64,000 nt of DNA, taken from positions 208,202-272,201 of the forward strand of contig CBDDZZ010000002.1 of the NCBI GenBank assembly GCA_965235975.1, in the 5' to 3' direction. This DNA comes from Candidatus Pelagibacterales bacterium (lineage in GTDB: Bacteria > Pseudomonadota > Alphaproteobacteria > Pelagibacterales > Pelagibacteraceae). The translations under genes were made by a program, and so were the position numbers. The notes under the pieces are model-generated. The model searched no databases and had not been told where the DNA came from. It worked only from the letters and a program-made list of their open reading frames with translations. This document shows, in pieces, positions 43,211-52,135 of the stretch (the stretch's first letter is position 1; every line of letters begins with the position of its first letter).

Positions 43211-43695
43211 TTTTCCTTAGTCCAATATCCATAGACACAACGGGTACCATTTCTAGAACAATCAAAAATATCATTAAGAACTCCATCAATAACGACTGTT
43301 AAATGTTTTGAACAAGAAACAATCAGTGTACCCATAGGTAACTCTTCTCTCTTTAAATGAACCTTGCAACCTTGCCCTACAAACATAGTAGGTGTCCATT
43401 TCCAGCCCAGTTTTTCTAAATATTTTTTTAATACCACTCTATGCGTGCCACTTCTTGGGCTGTCATTTCTCTGCTTTAAACTTCTAGCGAGTTTAGTTCG
43501 TGATGTATTTCTAAATTCTTGATTAGCTTTAAATAAATCATCATATACTTTTTGATATGGAGACCCTGTTGCGATAGCGATAGATCTAACCACGCAGTCC
43601 CCCGCTTGACCTTTAAAACCAGCGGCAGCTCTACCACCGTCATTAATTTTTAACTCTAAATTACTTCTCGAAAATAGTTTTTTAAAAAAAAACAA
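43207..43695 (-). CDS. Hypothetical protein with a Cys-His-Asp pattern (possible papain-like fold)
   Basis: GDCVVRSIAIATG...KHLTVVIDGVLNDIFDCS...CVYGYW. Confidence 0.75.
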   Translation of the reverse strand: MFFFKKLFSRSNLELKINDGGRAAAGFKGQAGDCVVRSIAIATGSPYQKVYDDLFKANQEFRNTSRTKLARSLKQRNDSPRSGTHRVVLKKYLEKLGWKWTPTMFVGQGCKVHLKREELPMGTLIVSCSKHLTVVIDGVLNDIFDCSRNGTRCVYGYWTKEN

Positions 43696-43708
43696 AAATG
43701 ACTATTTC

Positions 43709-44884
43709 TTAATTAGACAAATGCTCGATGGCGGTCATTAAACCACCTGGCTTGTAAGGAATTTTAGATTTTTTTAAACCCATCTCAACTCCTGCTAAGG
43801 TTCCAGCCAACATTAGATCATTGAACCATCCAAGATGTCCTATTCTAAAAACTTTACCTTTAACTTTATTAAGCCCAGTGCCTAAAGACATATTATATTC
43901 ATCTAAAATAACTTTTCTAACGTAATCAGCATCATGCCCCTCTGGTAAAAGAACAGCTGTTAAGGAGTTAGAATATTGCTCCGGATTTTTACAAAGAATT
44001 TCAAGTCCCCAAGCTTTAACTGCTGCACGAGTTGCCTCTCCATGTCTTGTATGTCTTTTAAATACATTTTCTAATCCTTCTTCCATTAACATATTTAATG
44101 CCTCTTCTAATCCGTAAATCAAATTTGTACCTGGCGTAAATGGAAAAAAACCAGCTTTGTTATTGTCAAGTAAAGGACCCCAGTCCCAATATGATTTAGG
44201 TAACGTTGATTTTTTATAAGCCTCTAAAGCTTTATGACTTACTGCGTTAAAAGATAACCCTGGTGGAAGTAATAATCCTTTTTGAGATCCAGTAACTGTT
44301 ACATCAACTTTCCACTCTTCGTGTCTGTAATCAATTGAACCTAGTGAAGAAATCGTATCTACTAATAATAACGCTGGATGTTTAAGACTATTGATGACAT
44401 CACTAATTTTTTTAACATTACTTACAACTCCAGTTGAAGTCTCACAATGTACAACAAAAACTGCTTTTATTTTATGAGATTTATCTTCTGATAATTTTTT
44501 CTCAACAATCTTTGGATCAACTCCACTTCGCCAATCTCCTGGCACCCAATCTATATCTAACTTAAACTTTAAACCCATGTCCCACCATAAAGATGAGAAA
44601 TGTCCTGTTTCAAACATTAAAACTTTATCACCTGGGCTTAGAACGTTGACCATGGCAGCTTCCCAAGCTCCAGTTCCAGAGCCTGTAAACATAATCACTG
44701 GCTGAGTTGTTTTAAAAACAAGTTTTACTCTCTCTAAAACTCTTTTTGAAAGTTCAGCAAATTCTAAAGATCGATGATCAATGGTTGGATTATCCATAGC
44801 TCTTAAAACTCTATCTGGAACGTTCGTTGGTCCTGGAATTTGTAAAAAATGTCGGCCAGGTTTGAAGGTGTTAGATTTAGACAT
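43709..44884 (-). CDS. sgaA: Serine--glyoxylate aminotransferase-like class V PLP enzyme
   Basis: GRHFLQIPGPTNVP, GTGAWEAA, DTISSL, GSQKGL, FRIGHLG. Confidence 0.85.
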   Translation of the reverse strand: MSKSNTFKPGRHFLQIPGPTNVPDRVLRAMDNPTIDHRSLEFAELSKRVLERVKLVFKTTQPVIMFTGSGTGAWEAAMVNVLSPGDKVLMFETGHFSSLWWDMGLKFKLDIDWVPGDWRSGVDPKIVEKKLSEDKSHKIKAVFVVHCETSTGVVSNVKKISDVINSLKHPALLLVDTISSLGSIDYRHEEWKVDVTVTGSQKGLLLPPGLSFNAVSHKALEAYKKSTLPKSYWDWGPLLDNNKAGFFPFTPGTNLIYGLEEALNMLMEEGLENVFKRHTRHGEATRAAVKAWGLEILCKNPEQYSNSLTAVLLPEGHDADYVRKVILDEYNMSLGTGLNKVKGKVFRIGHLGWFNDLMLAGTLAGVEMGLKKSKIPYKPGGLMTAIEHLSN

Positions 44885-44942
44885 TGAATTTTTAAAAGTT
44901 AATAAATGTTTTTAATACAAAATTATAATTTAAGATAATAAA

Positions 44943-44975
44943 AAAATTTTTAACAACTTAAAGTTGTAAAATTTT
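44943..44975. terminator. AT-rich inverted repeat downstream of the small ORF (terminator or sgaA operator)
   Basis: AAAATTTT-TA-ACAACT-TAA-AGTTGT-AAAATTTT. Confidence 0.35.
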
Positions 44976-44977
44976 TA

Positions 44978-45124
44978 TTACTTTGTTGTCTCTTTTACTT
45001 TTTGTATTACTGAGTCAGTGGCTTCTTTTACTGTCTTAACACTTGAATCAATAACCTGCTGTGTTTTCTCGGGTCCAGCACCTATTGTTAATCCCATCAC
45101 GAAAATAGCGGCAAAAAAAATCAT
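44978..45124 (-). CDS. Unannotated 48-aa membrane-anchored small protein
   Basis: MIFFAAIFVMGLTIGAGPEKTQQVIDSSVKTVKEATDSVIQKVKETTK*; fills the dusA-sgaA gap. Confidence 0.65.
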   Translation of the reverse strand: MIFFAAIFVMGLTIGAGPEKTQQVIDSSVKTVKEATDSVIQKVKETTK

Positions 45125-45163
45125 AAATAAAATTCTAGCATTCTTAAAAAAGAATACAAATAA

Positions 45164-46153
45164 TTAGTTATATGTTTTTATTGAATTATGTTTAACAATA
45201 TCCAGCATATAATTAACTTTACTTACATCAGCATCTCTTACGAGCATATTATCACTTAAATATCTTTTCCAAAAATTTGCTCCATTAATTCCGTGAAACA
45301 ATCCAACTGTATGCCGCATCACTTGGTTAACCCTTGTTCCCTTTTTAACTTCCACCAGACAATATTCTACAATTTTTTTTACTATTTCTTCTCTTGAAGG
45401 AACATTGTTATTATTAAATATCTCTCTTTCAATATCTGCTAAAAAATAAGGCGAATGATAAATAGATCTACCGATCATTACTCCATCCAGGTTATTTAAA
45501 TGTTCTTTGATTTGTTCTGTAGTCGTAATTCCACCATTAATAATAATTTCTAAATTAGGATTGTTATCTTTTATTTGTTTTACAATTCTATAATTTAATT
45601 TTGGTATTCTTAAATTATCTCTTGGACTTAAGCCTTTTAAAATAGCTTTTCTTGCGTGCAAAATAATTGTTTTAACACCTGCGCTAGCTATTTTTTTTAT
45701 AAATTTATCTAAATATTCAAAATCTTCTACATCATCAAAACCTATTCTAGTTTTAACAGTCACTGGAAGTTTTGTTGAGTTCACCATTCCTGAAAGACAT
45801 TCTGCAACTAATTCAGGCTCTTTAATTAAACAAGCTCCAAACTTATTTTTCTGAACTTTTTTACTAGGGCACCCTAAATTTAAATTTATCTCATCATAAT
45901 TATAATCTTCAGCAATCCTTGATGCCTCCGACAACTCTTTTACTGAGGAGCCACCCAACTGAAGGGCAACTGGTTTTTCGAACTCACTAAATTCTAAAAC
46001 ATTTTTTTGCTTACCTTTTAATATAGCGCCTGTAGATATCATCTCAGAATAAAGCATTACATTTTTACTTATCAATCTTAGAAAATAGCGATCATGTCTG
46101 TCTGTACAGTCCATCATAGGAGCAACACAAACTTTTCTATTAACTTTAGACAT
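45164..46153 (-). CDS. dusA: tRNA dihydrouridine synthase DusA
   Basis: VAPMMDCTDRH, LQLGGS, NLNLGCPS, VKTRIG, HARKAILKGLSP. Confidence 0.93.
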   Translation of the reverse strand: MSKVNRKVCVAPMMDCTDRHDRYFLRLISKNVMLYSEMISTGAILKGKQKNVLEFSEFEKPVALQLGGSSVKELSEASRIAEDYNYDEINLNLGCPSKKVQKNKFGACLIKEPELVAECLSGMVNSTKLPVTVKTRIGFDDVEDFEYLDKFIKKIASAGVKTIILHARKAILKGLSPRDNLRIPKLNYRIVKQIKDNNPNLEIIINGGITTTEQIKEHLNNLDGVMIGRSIYHSPYFLADIEREIFNNNNVPSREEIVKKIVEYCLVEVKKGTRVNQVMRHTVGLFHGINGANFWKRYLSDNMLVRDADVSKVNYMLDIVKHNSIKTYN

Positions 46154-47453
46154 GTTCTTTTAAATTATTCATTATTGAAATTTTACCCTTATTAACAAAA
46201 TCTTCATGATTTTTAACTATTTTTTCAAGCTCATAATAGTAATTAACCATTATTCCAAAAGACTCTTTATATCCATTGGATGATAAGTCAGCATTTATCA
46301 CAATATCATAAATCGATGCGCCATTATTTAAATGAAAGTTTGCAACTCCATTTAAAGGACGATTATTAAATTTTTCTTCTGTTAAGTAATAATAAGTAAT
46401 TTTTTTTAGTATCTCTTTATTTTCTTCAATTTTTTTGTAATTAAAAGAGTCAATATTTTCATCTTTTAAAAAATATAATTGACTAGAATTATTATTCTTT
46501 AAAATACTTTTTATTTTTGTCTCTGGCTGTTTTAAAAACCATGAAGCAAGTCCTGGTATTGGAGACAAAGTGTAGAATTGTTTTACTTTTGGAAATTCTT
46601 GTTGAATTTCAAAAACAACTCTTTTGATAAGAAAATTTCCAAGAGTTATTTGCTGAAGGCCTTTATTAGAATTACTTATGGAGTAAAAAGTGACAGAGTC
46701 ATAATCATCAGTATTGCTTATGTCTCCTTCGGTAATAGCCTGTATTGAATTTCCAATGCCTTTTGTAAAAGCAACTTGGACAAAAATTAATGGTTCTTTA
46801 TCCAAGATTGGATGGAAATAAGCGTAAAATAATCTATCGTTTTCTAATCTTCTATAAAGAGCCTCTATACTTTTTATCTCGTGGACTCTCTCATTTTTAA
46901 TAATTTTCTGCAGTATGTCAGGATCAGTATCTTTTTTAATACGTGTTAACTTTAAAAAGCCTGGATTAAACCAAGATCTAAATAAATGTCTAAAATCTTT
47001 ATCTAAACTTTTAAGTTCAGGATGTTTATTTAAAAAATAAATTAAATCTTCTCTCATCTTAACTAAATATTGGGTACCATTAGGAGCTAGATTTAATCGT
47101 CTTATTAATTCCTGTCTTTTTCCCTCAGTTGCCTCATTTAAAATTTCTAAATTTGTCTCATTGTTTTTATCTATAAACGCTTTGCAGGCTTTACTTATTA
47201 TTGAATAATTTGGTTTATATTTTTTATCTATCTGTAAGAAAAAAACTTCTTTTTCTTCTAAATTTAACTTTTCATATAATTGCCAAATTTCGCGAGCAAT
47301 AGTAATGCCGGAGACTACTCCATCCTCAGATATTAATTGATCGCATAAATCAGATAGATGAGATGATGAGTCTTTTTTTTTGGTAAATAGATTTGAAAAA
47401 AGTCCTTTACCTTTATCTGCAATAAAATTTAAGAATTTTTTTAAACCCAACAT
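46146..47453 (-). CDS. matA: Malonyl-CoA decarboxylase
   Basis: RQELIRRLN, WFNPGFL, EPLIFVQVA, FYSISN, LGNFLIKRV, TLSPIPG, VANFHLNNGA, SFGIMVNY. Confidence 0.9.
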   Translation of the reverse strand: MLGLKKFLNFIADKGKGLFSNLFTKKKDSSSHLSDLCDQLISEDGVVSGITIAREIWQLYEKLNLEEKEVFFLQIDKKYKPNYSIISKACKAFIDKNNETNLEILNEATEGKRQELIRRLNLAPNGTQYLVKMREDLIYFLNKHPELKSLDKDFRHLFRSWFNPGFLKLTRIKKDTDPDILQKIIKNERVHEIKSIEALYRRLENDRLFYAYFHPILDKEPLIFVQVAFTKGIGNSIQAITEGDISNTDDYDSVTFYSISNSNKGLQQITLGNFLIKRVVFEIQQEFPKVKQFYTLSPIPGLASWFLKQPETKIKSILKNNNSSQLYFLKDENIDSFNYKKIEENKEILKKITYYYLTEEKFNNRPLNGVANFHLNNGASIYDIVINADLSSNGYKESFGIMVNYYYELEKIVKNHEDFVNKGKISIMNNLKEHV

Positions 47454-47460
47454 GGGTTTA

Positions 47461-48771
47461 TTATTTCATTACAGTGCTTGGAAGCCAAGTTGCAATTTCA
47501 GGAAAAATACAAAGTAAAACTATTTGTAAAATCATCAATAAAACAAATGGAAATGAACCTTTTAAAATTTTGCCAATTGAAATATCTGGTGCAATACCCT
47601 TTATGACAAACAAATTAAGTCCAACGGGGGGTGTAATTAGGCCTATTTCCATATTAATTGTCATAACAACTCCAAACCAAATCGGATCAAAACCTGCGGC
47701 TGTAATAATTGGATAAAGAATTGGTGCGGTCATAAGAATAATTGCAACAGGCGGTAAAAAACAACCAGCGATTAATAAAAATATATTAATGTAAAGCAAC
47801 AGCATCCATTTATTGGCTGCGATCTCAACCATTTCTTTAGCTAAAGTCTGAGTGATGTAAAGATTAGATAAAATAAAACTAAAAAGAAATGAAGCTGCTA
47901 TAATTAACATTAGCATTACGCTTTCTTTCATTGATTCTTCAAGGATTGCCCAGATATCCTTAAACCTGTACATTTTATAAATCACAGCAACTAGAATTAC
48001 ACTAATTAGCGCCCCAACAGCTGAAGCTTCATTGGGAGTTGCTATACCACCGTACAATACATAAAGAACACCAACAACTAATAAAAAAAATGGTATTATT
48101 TTTGGTAAAATTTCAAATCGTTGCTTCCATGAATATTTAATTACCTCAACTTTCTCTGAGCCTTCTCTATTTATTCTAGCGTAAACTATAGCCCAAATCA
48201 TAAACAACGCTGTAAGCATAATTCCTGGAATAATTCCTGCTATAAATAATTTACCAATTGAGGTTCCGGTCGAGATTCCATAAATGATCATTGTGATACT
48301 TGGTGGAATCAAAATTCCAAGTGTACCACCAGCGCAAATTGTTCCTGTTGCAAGCTCTGCAGAGTATCCTCGCTTTCTCATTTCAGGAATTCCCATTTTA
48401 CCAATTGCAGCGCAAGTTGCTGGAGAGGATCCACATAAAGCTGCAAAAATAGAACAGGCGCCTAAATTTGAAACAATTAAACCACCTGGAACTTTATTTA
48501 ACCATCGATCAAGTGCTGAATATAAATCTTTTCCAGCAGGAGAGGCTGCAACCGCAATGCCCATAAGCAAGAACATGGGTATAGTAACAATACCGAAATC
48601 TTGTAGTCCATTCCAAAACTGTTCAGCTAAAAGAGGAACTCTTCCAAAACCTTCGATGGCTAAAAAAAAAACTGAAGAAACTAATGCTAAACCAAATGCT
48701 ATTGGTATTCCCGTTGCAAGCACTGCTAAAGTTGCAACTACAATCCATAAAGCAAGTGTTAATGGTTCCAT
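47461..48771 (-). CDS. dctM: TRAP transporter large permease (MatM-like)
   Basis: IPMFLLMG, GTLGILIPPS, GLITPPVGLNLFV. Confidence 0.95.
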   Translation of the reverse strand: MEPLTLALWIVVATLAVLATGIPIAFGLALVSSVFFLAIEGFGRVPLLAEQFWNGLQDFGIVTIPMFLLMGIAVAASPAGKDLYSALDRWLNKVPGGLIVSNLGACSIFAALCGSSPATCAAIGKMGIPEMRKRGYSAELATGTICAGGTLGILIPPSITMIIYGISTGTSIGKLFIAGIIPGIMLTALFMIWAIVYARINREGSEKVEVIKYSWKQRFEILPKIIPFFLLVVGVLYVLYGGIATPNEASAVGALISVILVAVIYKMYRFKDIWAILEESMKESVMLMLIIAASFLFSFILSNLYITQTLAKEMVEIAANKWMLLLYINIFLLIAGCFLPPVAIILMTAPILYPIITAAGFDPIWFGVVMTINMEIGLITPPVGLNLFVIKGIAPDISIGKILKGSFPFVLLMILQIVLLCIFPEIATWLPSTVMK

Positions 48772-48773
48772 TT

Positions 48774-49274
48774 TTATTTTTTTTCTTGAGTTTCGTATTT
48801 ATAAATTACTGAAAAGATATCAGCTAAGTATTGTAAAATTAAAATACCCATGCCAAGAGGCAAAAATATATATACTTTCCACATAGGCAAAGCCCATATA
48901 GTTGGCGTTTTAATATTTTTTACCCAAGAATGAGAAAATAATTGAAGACTTGAATAGAATAAAAAAACTAAAAAAATTAATGATAGAATTGCTGCAAATA
49001 CTGCTAGGATATTCTTACCTTTTTCACTTAAATAATAAGGAATAAGATCAACATTTACATGACCTTTTTTAAGCAAAACATAAGGCGCACCGATAAATGT
49101 TGCGGCTGCTAGAGAAAAAATTACATATTCAGTTTGCCAAACAGTATTCATTTTAAAAAAATATCTTACAACTACCATTTGAGTTGTCACTAAAACTGCA
49201 GATCCAATGAGAATTGTAGAAATTATTCCACAAATTTTTGATAATGAATGAATGAATTTGATAAAGGCGAACAT
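48774..49274 (-). CDS. dctQ: TRAP transporter small permease (MatQ-like)
   Basis: VVVRY, WQTE, GHVNVD; four TM helices. Confidence 0.93.
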   Translation of the reverse strand: MFAFIKFIHSLSKICGIISTILIGSAVLVTTQMVVVRYFFKMNTVWQTEYVIFSLAAATFIGAPYVLLKKGHVNVDLIPYYLSEKGKNILAVFAAILSLIFLVFLFYSSLQLFSHSWVKNIKTPTIWALPMWKVYIFLPLGMGILILQYLADIFSVIYKYETQEKK

Positions 49275-49285
49275 TAAAATATAAC

Positions 49286-49315
49286 TTACTGGCAGATCAA
49301 ATGATCTGCCAGTAA
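49286..49315 (-). terminator. Strong stem-loop between dctP and dctQ (mRNA stabiliser or partial terminator)
   Basis: Perfect inverted repeat TTACTGGCAGATCA-AA-TGATCTGCCAGTAA. Confidence 0.75.
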
Positions 49316-49323
49316 ATTTAAAT

Positions 49324-50322
49324 TTACTTAACTGCTAATGCTTTAGCGATTAATTTATCACCACCTTTTACTTTTTCAGCAAACTTCTTGTATGAGGTTT
49401 TTTTAGCTAGTGCTATCCAAGCATTAAAGTCGGCTTCAGTCATTTGATGGATCTGAACACCCTTTTCTTTAAATACTTTTTCCATTTCACTGTCTAATTT
49501 TGCTGACTCTTTTGTTATATATTGCTCAGCTTTCTTTCCAGCAGCCAAAATTGCTTCTTTTTGTTTTGGATTTAATTTATCAAAAGATTTCTTTGACATA
49601 AGAACTGGTTGATACATAAACCAAAGTGCATACTTTCCTGGAGGTGTAATACATTTAACTTGTTCAAATAATTTAAATGATACAAAACTTTGTGAACTTG
49701 TGTTCACAGCGTTTAATACTCCTGTTTGTAAACCCTGATAAACTTCAGAGCTAGCCATTGAAGAAATTGAAGCGCCCGCTCCAACTAACATTTCTTCAAA
49801 CATAGGACCAGCTGCTCTAGTTACTTGACCTTTCATCGAGTCAGGATTTGTTACACAAGTTTTTTTTGATGCAAATCCACCTGCGAACCAAGCATCAGCC
49901 AAAACTATTGCTCCCTGATCATTAATCATTTTTTTAATGTCCTTCATGAATGGAGAAACATTAATTCTTTGTGCATGCTCATGATTTTTTACTAAACCTG
50001 GCATTAATGTAATGCTAAACTCTGGTACGAAACCAGCAGCATAATCTAATGGTAAAGAAACAAGATCAAGCTGACCTTCAACTAAAGGCTTGTATTGCTC
50101 CATTGCTTTATAAAGTGATTGACCAGGATAAACTTGAATTTTTACTCCAACATTTGCTTTTTCAAGTTCTTTTGCAAGTAGGTTCATCATTTCATCTCTT
50201 GCATCACCTTTTCCACCTGGAAATTGATGAGAAGCTTTTAAAGTGATTTGTGCAAATGAATTGCTAGCTGTAAGTATAAAAAAAATACTAAACAGCGTTG
50301 TAAATATACTCTTTATTTTCAC
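49324..50322 (-). CDS. dctP: TRAP substrate-binding protein DctP (MatP-like), GTG start
   Basis: Signal peptide; YPGQSL; conserved Arg in VTRAAG; SEVYQGLQTG; AGAGGGA RBS. Confidence 0.93.
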   Translation of the reverse strand: MKIKSIFTTLFSIFFILTASNSFAQITLKASHQFPGGKGDARDEMMNLLAKELEKANVGVKIQVYPGQSLYKAMEQYKPLVEGQLDLVSLPLDYAAGFVPEFSITLMPGLVKNHEHAQRINVSPFMKDIKKMINDQGAIVLADAWFAGGFASKKTCVTNPDSMKGQVTRAAGPMFEEMLVGAGASISSMASSEVYQGLQTGVLNAVNTSSQSFVSFKLFEQVKCITPPGKYALWFMYQPVLMSKKSFDKLNPKQKEAILAAGKKAEQYITKESAKLDSEMEKVFKEKGVQIHQMTEADFNAWIALAKKTSYKKFAEKVKGGDKLIAKALAVK

Positions 50323-50356
50323 GTGTCCCTCTTATTAGTTAATTTTAATTCGGTCT

Positions 50357-50393
50357 ATTGTGGTTTGAAAATTACCCAAGGTCAATATAAGAT
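50357..50393. promoter_or_regulatory. Overlapping divergent sigma70 promoters (dctP operon / CoA-transferase)
   Basis: Plus strand TTGAAA-17-TAAGAT ending 7 nt before ATG 50401; minus strand TTGACC-17-CACAAT. Confidence 0.5.
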
Positions 50394-50400
50394 TAACTGA

Positions 50401-51561
50401 ATGAAGAATAACTCCGGACCATTAAAAGGTATTATTGTACTTGATTTAACTAGAGTTTTAGTTGGTCCCTACTGCACAATGGTTCTCTCTGACCTTGGTG
50501 CTCGAATAATAAAAGTAGAAGCTCCTGAAACTGGAGATGATAGCAGAAGTTTTGGTCCATTTATTAAAAATTACTCAGCTTATTTTATGTCCCTCAACAG
50601 AGGTAAAGAAAGTATTGCTCTAAATTTAAAAAATAAAGAGGATAAAAAAATATTTGATAAAATATTAGCTAAAGCAGATGTGTTAGTTGAAAATTTTAGA
50701 CCAGGCACATTGGATAAATGGGGATACTCCTGGGATATTTTAAAAAAAAAATATCCTAAATTAATTTATGCATCTGCCTCAGGATTTGGTCAAACCGGTC
50801 CTTTAAAAAGCTTGCCTGCCTACGATATGGTTGTTCAAGGAATGGGTGGACTCATGAGCGTTACAGGACAGCCTGATGGAAAACCAACAAGGGTTGGAAC
50901 TTCTATTGGAGATATTACAGCAGGACTTTTTACAGCTATTGGAATTAATGCGGCTTTATTTGATAGAGAAAAAACAGGTAAAGGTACAAAAATAGATGTT
51001 TCAATGCTTGATTGTCAAATCGCAATTTTAGAAAACGCAATTGCAAGATATTTTAGTAATGGTGAGATTCCAAAACCAATGGGTTCCCGTCATCCTTCTA
51101 TAAGTCCCTTTGAAGCTTATAAAACAAAAGACAGTTTTATAATCATCGCAGCAGGTAATGATAAATTGTTTGAAAATCTTTGTAATGCTTTAGACTGTAA
51201 GGAGTATGTAAAAGATAAAAGGTTTATAAGTAATAAACTAAGGAATGCAAATGCTGAAGATTTAAAAGTAATTTTAGAAAAATATTTAATCAATGAAGTA
51301 ACTGATCATTGGATTAAATTATTCACAAAAATGAGTATCCCATGCGGTCCTATTTATAATATTAAACAAGCAGTAGAAAATCCGCAGATTGAATTTAGAA
51401 ATATGATTGTAAGTTCAAATCATAAAAAAATTGGAAAATTTAAAATGGCCGGTAATCCAATCAAGATGTCTAATTACAAAGATCCAAAAATACGTGGTGA
51501 AATTCCTGAGCTAGATCAGCACAGAAAAAAGATTTTAAAAGATTTTAAAATTAAAGTTTAA
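50401..51561 (+). CDS. CaiB/BaiF (family III) CoA-transferase, YfdE/UctC-like
   Basis: DLTRVLVGP, GARIIKVE, NRGKES, ENFRPG, PAYD catalytic Asp, RVGTSIGD, GNDKLF. Confidence 0.9.
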   Translation: MKNNSGPLKGIIVLDLTRVLVGPYCTMVLSDLGARIIKVEAPETGDDSRSFGPFIKNYSAYFMSLNRGKESIALNLKNKEDKKIFDKILAKADVLVENFRPGTLDKWGYSWDILKKKYPKLIYASASGFGQTGPLKSLPAYDMVVQGMGGLMSVTGQPDGKPTRVGTSIGDITAGLFTAIGINAALFDREKTGKGTKIDVSMLDCQIAILENAIARYFSNGEIPKPMGSRHPSISPFEAYKTKDSFIIIAAGNDKLFENLCNALDCKEYVKDKRFISNKLRNANAEDLKVILEKYLINEVTDHWIKLFTKMSIPCGPIYNIKQAVENPQIEFRNMIVSSNHKKIGKFKMAGNPIKMSNYKDPKIRGEIPELDQHRKKILKDFKIKV

Positions 51562-52026
51562 TTAAGCTTTGTCTTCTGTAGCTTCTTTTTCAGGAGCCGC
51601 TTCTAAAGCTATATCATCATCAAGATCATCATCATCTGCATCGATGGCTTCATTTTCTGCTCCAGCTTTAGGTTCTGGAATTTTTCTAGATCTTTTAGAA
51701 GGAAGTATTGCTTGTCCTGATTTTGAAACTTCACCTTGATATAAATCCTCAAAAGAATCTCCATCTGGACTGTCAAAATCTTCTTGTTCAACAGCGTCAT
51801 CCGGATGATCTCTCATTCGATCAATTGTTGATTCCTCAAGTTCTTTTACTGAAACTTTTTTTTCTGCAATTTCTCTTAGAGCTAAAACTGTGCGTTTGTC
51901 ATTATCTACTGGAACCTGCGGAGCATCCCCTACTCCTAATTGCAAAGTTCTCTCTTTAGCTAAAATAACTAAATCGTATTGATTATCAACTTGCTGTAAA
52001 CAGTCCTCAACGGTTACTCTGGCCAT
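51562..52026 (-). CDS. rpoZ: RNA polymerase omega subunit
   Basis: [23 protein letters not shown], acidic tail. Confidence 0.97.
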   Translation of the reverse strand: MARVTVEDCLQQVDNQYDLVILAKERTLQLGVGDAPQVPVDNDKRTVLALREIAEKKVSVKELEESTIDRMRDHPDDAVEQEDFDSPDGDSFEDLYQGEVSKSGQAILPSKRSRKIPEPKAGAENEAIDADDDDLDDDIALEAAPEKEATEDKA

Positions 52027-52135
52027 AATTTGAATTGACCCTTTTAATCTTAAAGCTTAAATAAATCAAGTTTTATAAAGATTTAAGAGCAATAGATTAA
52101 GTGATTAATTTAACAAACGATTAATAGGAGCGTAA

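Noticed and set aside
45125-45166. Stop-codon read-through fusing DusA to the downstream small ORF
   Set aside because: The stop is TAA, the short open stretch is expected by chance, and the small ORF has its own ATG
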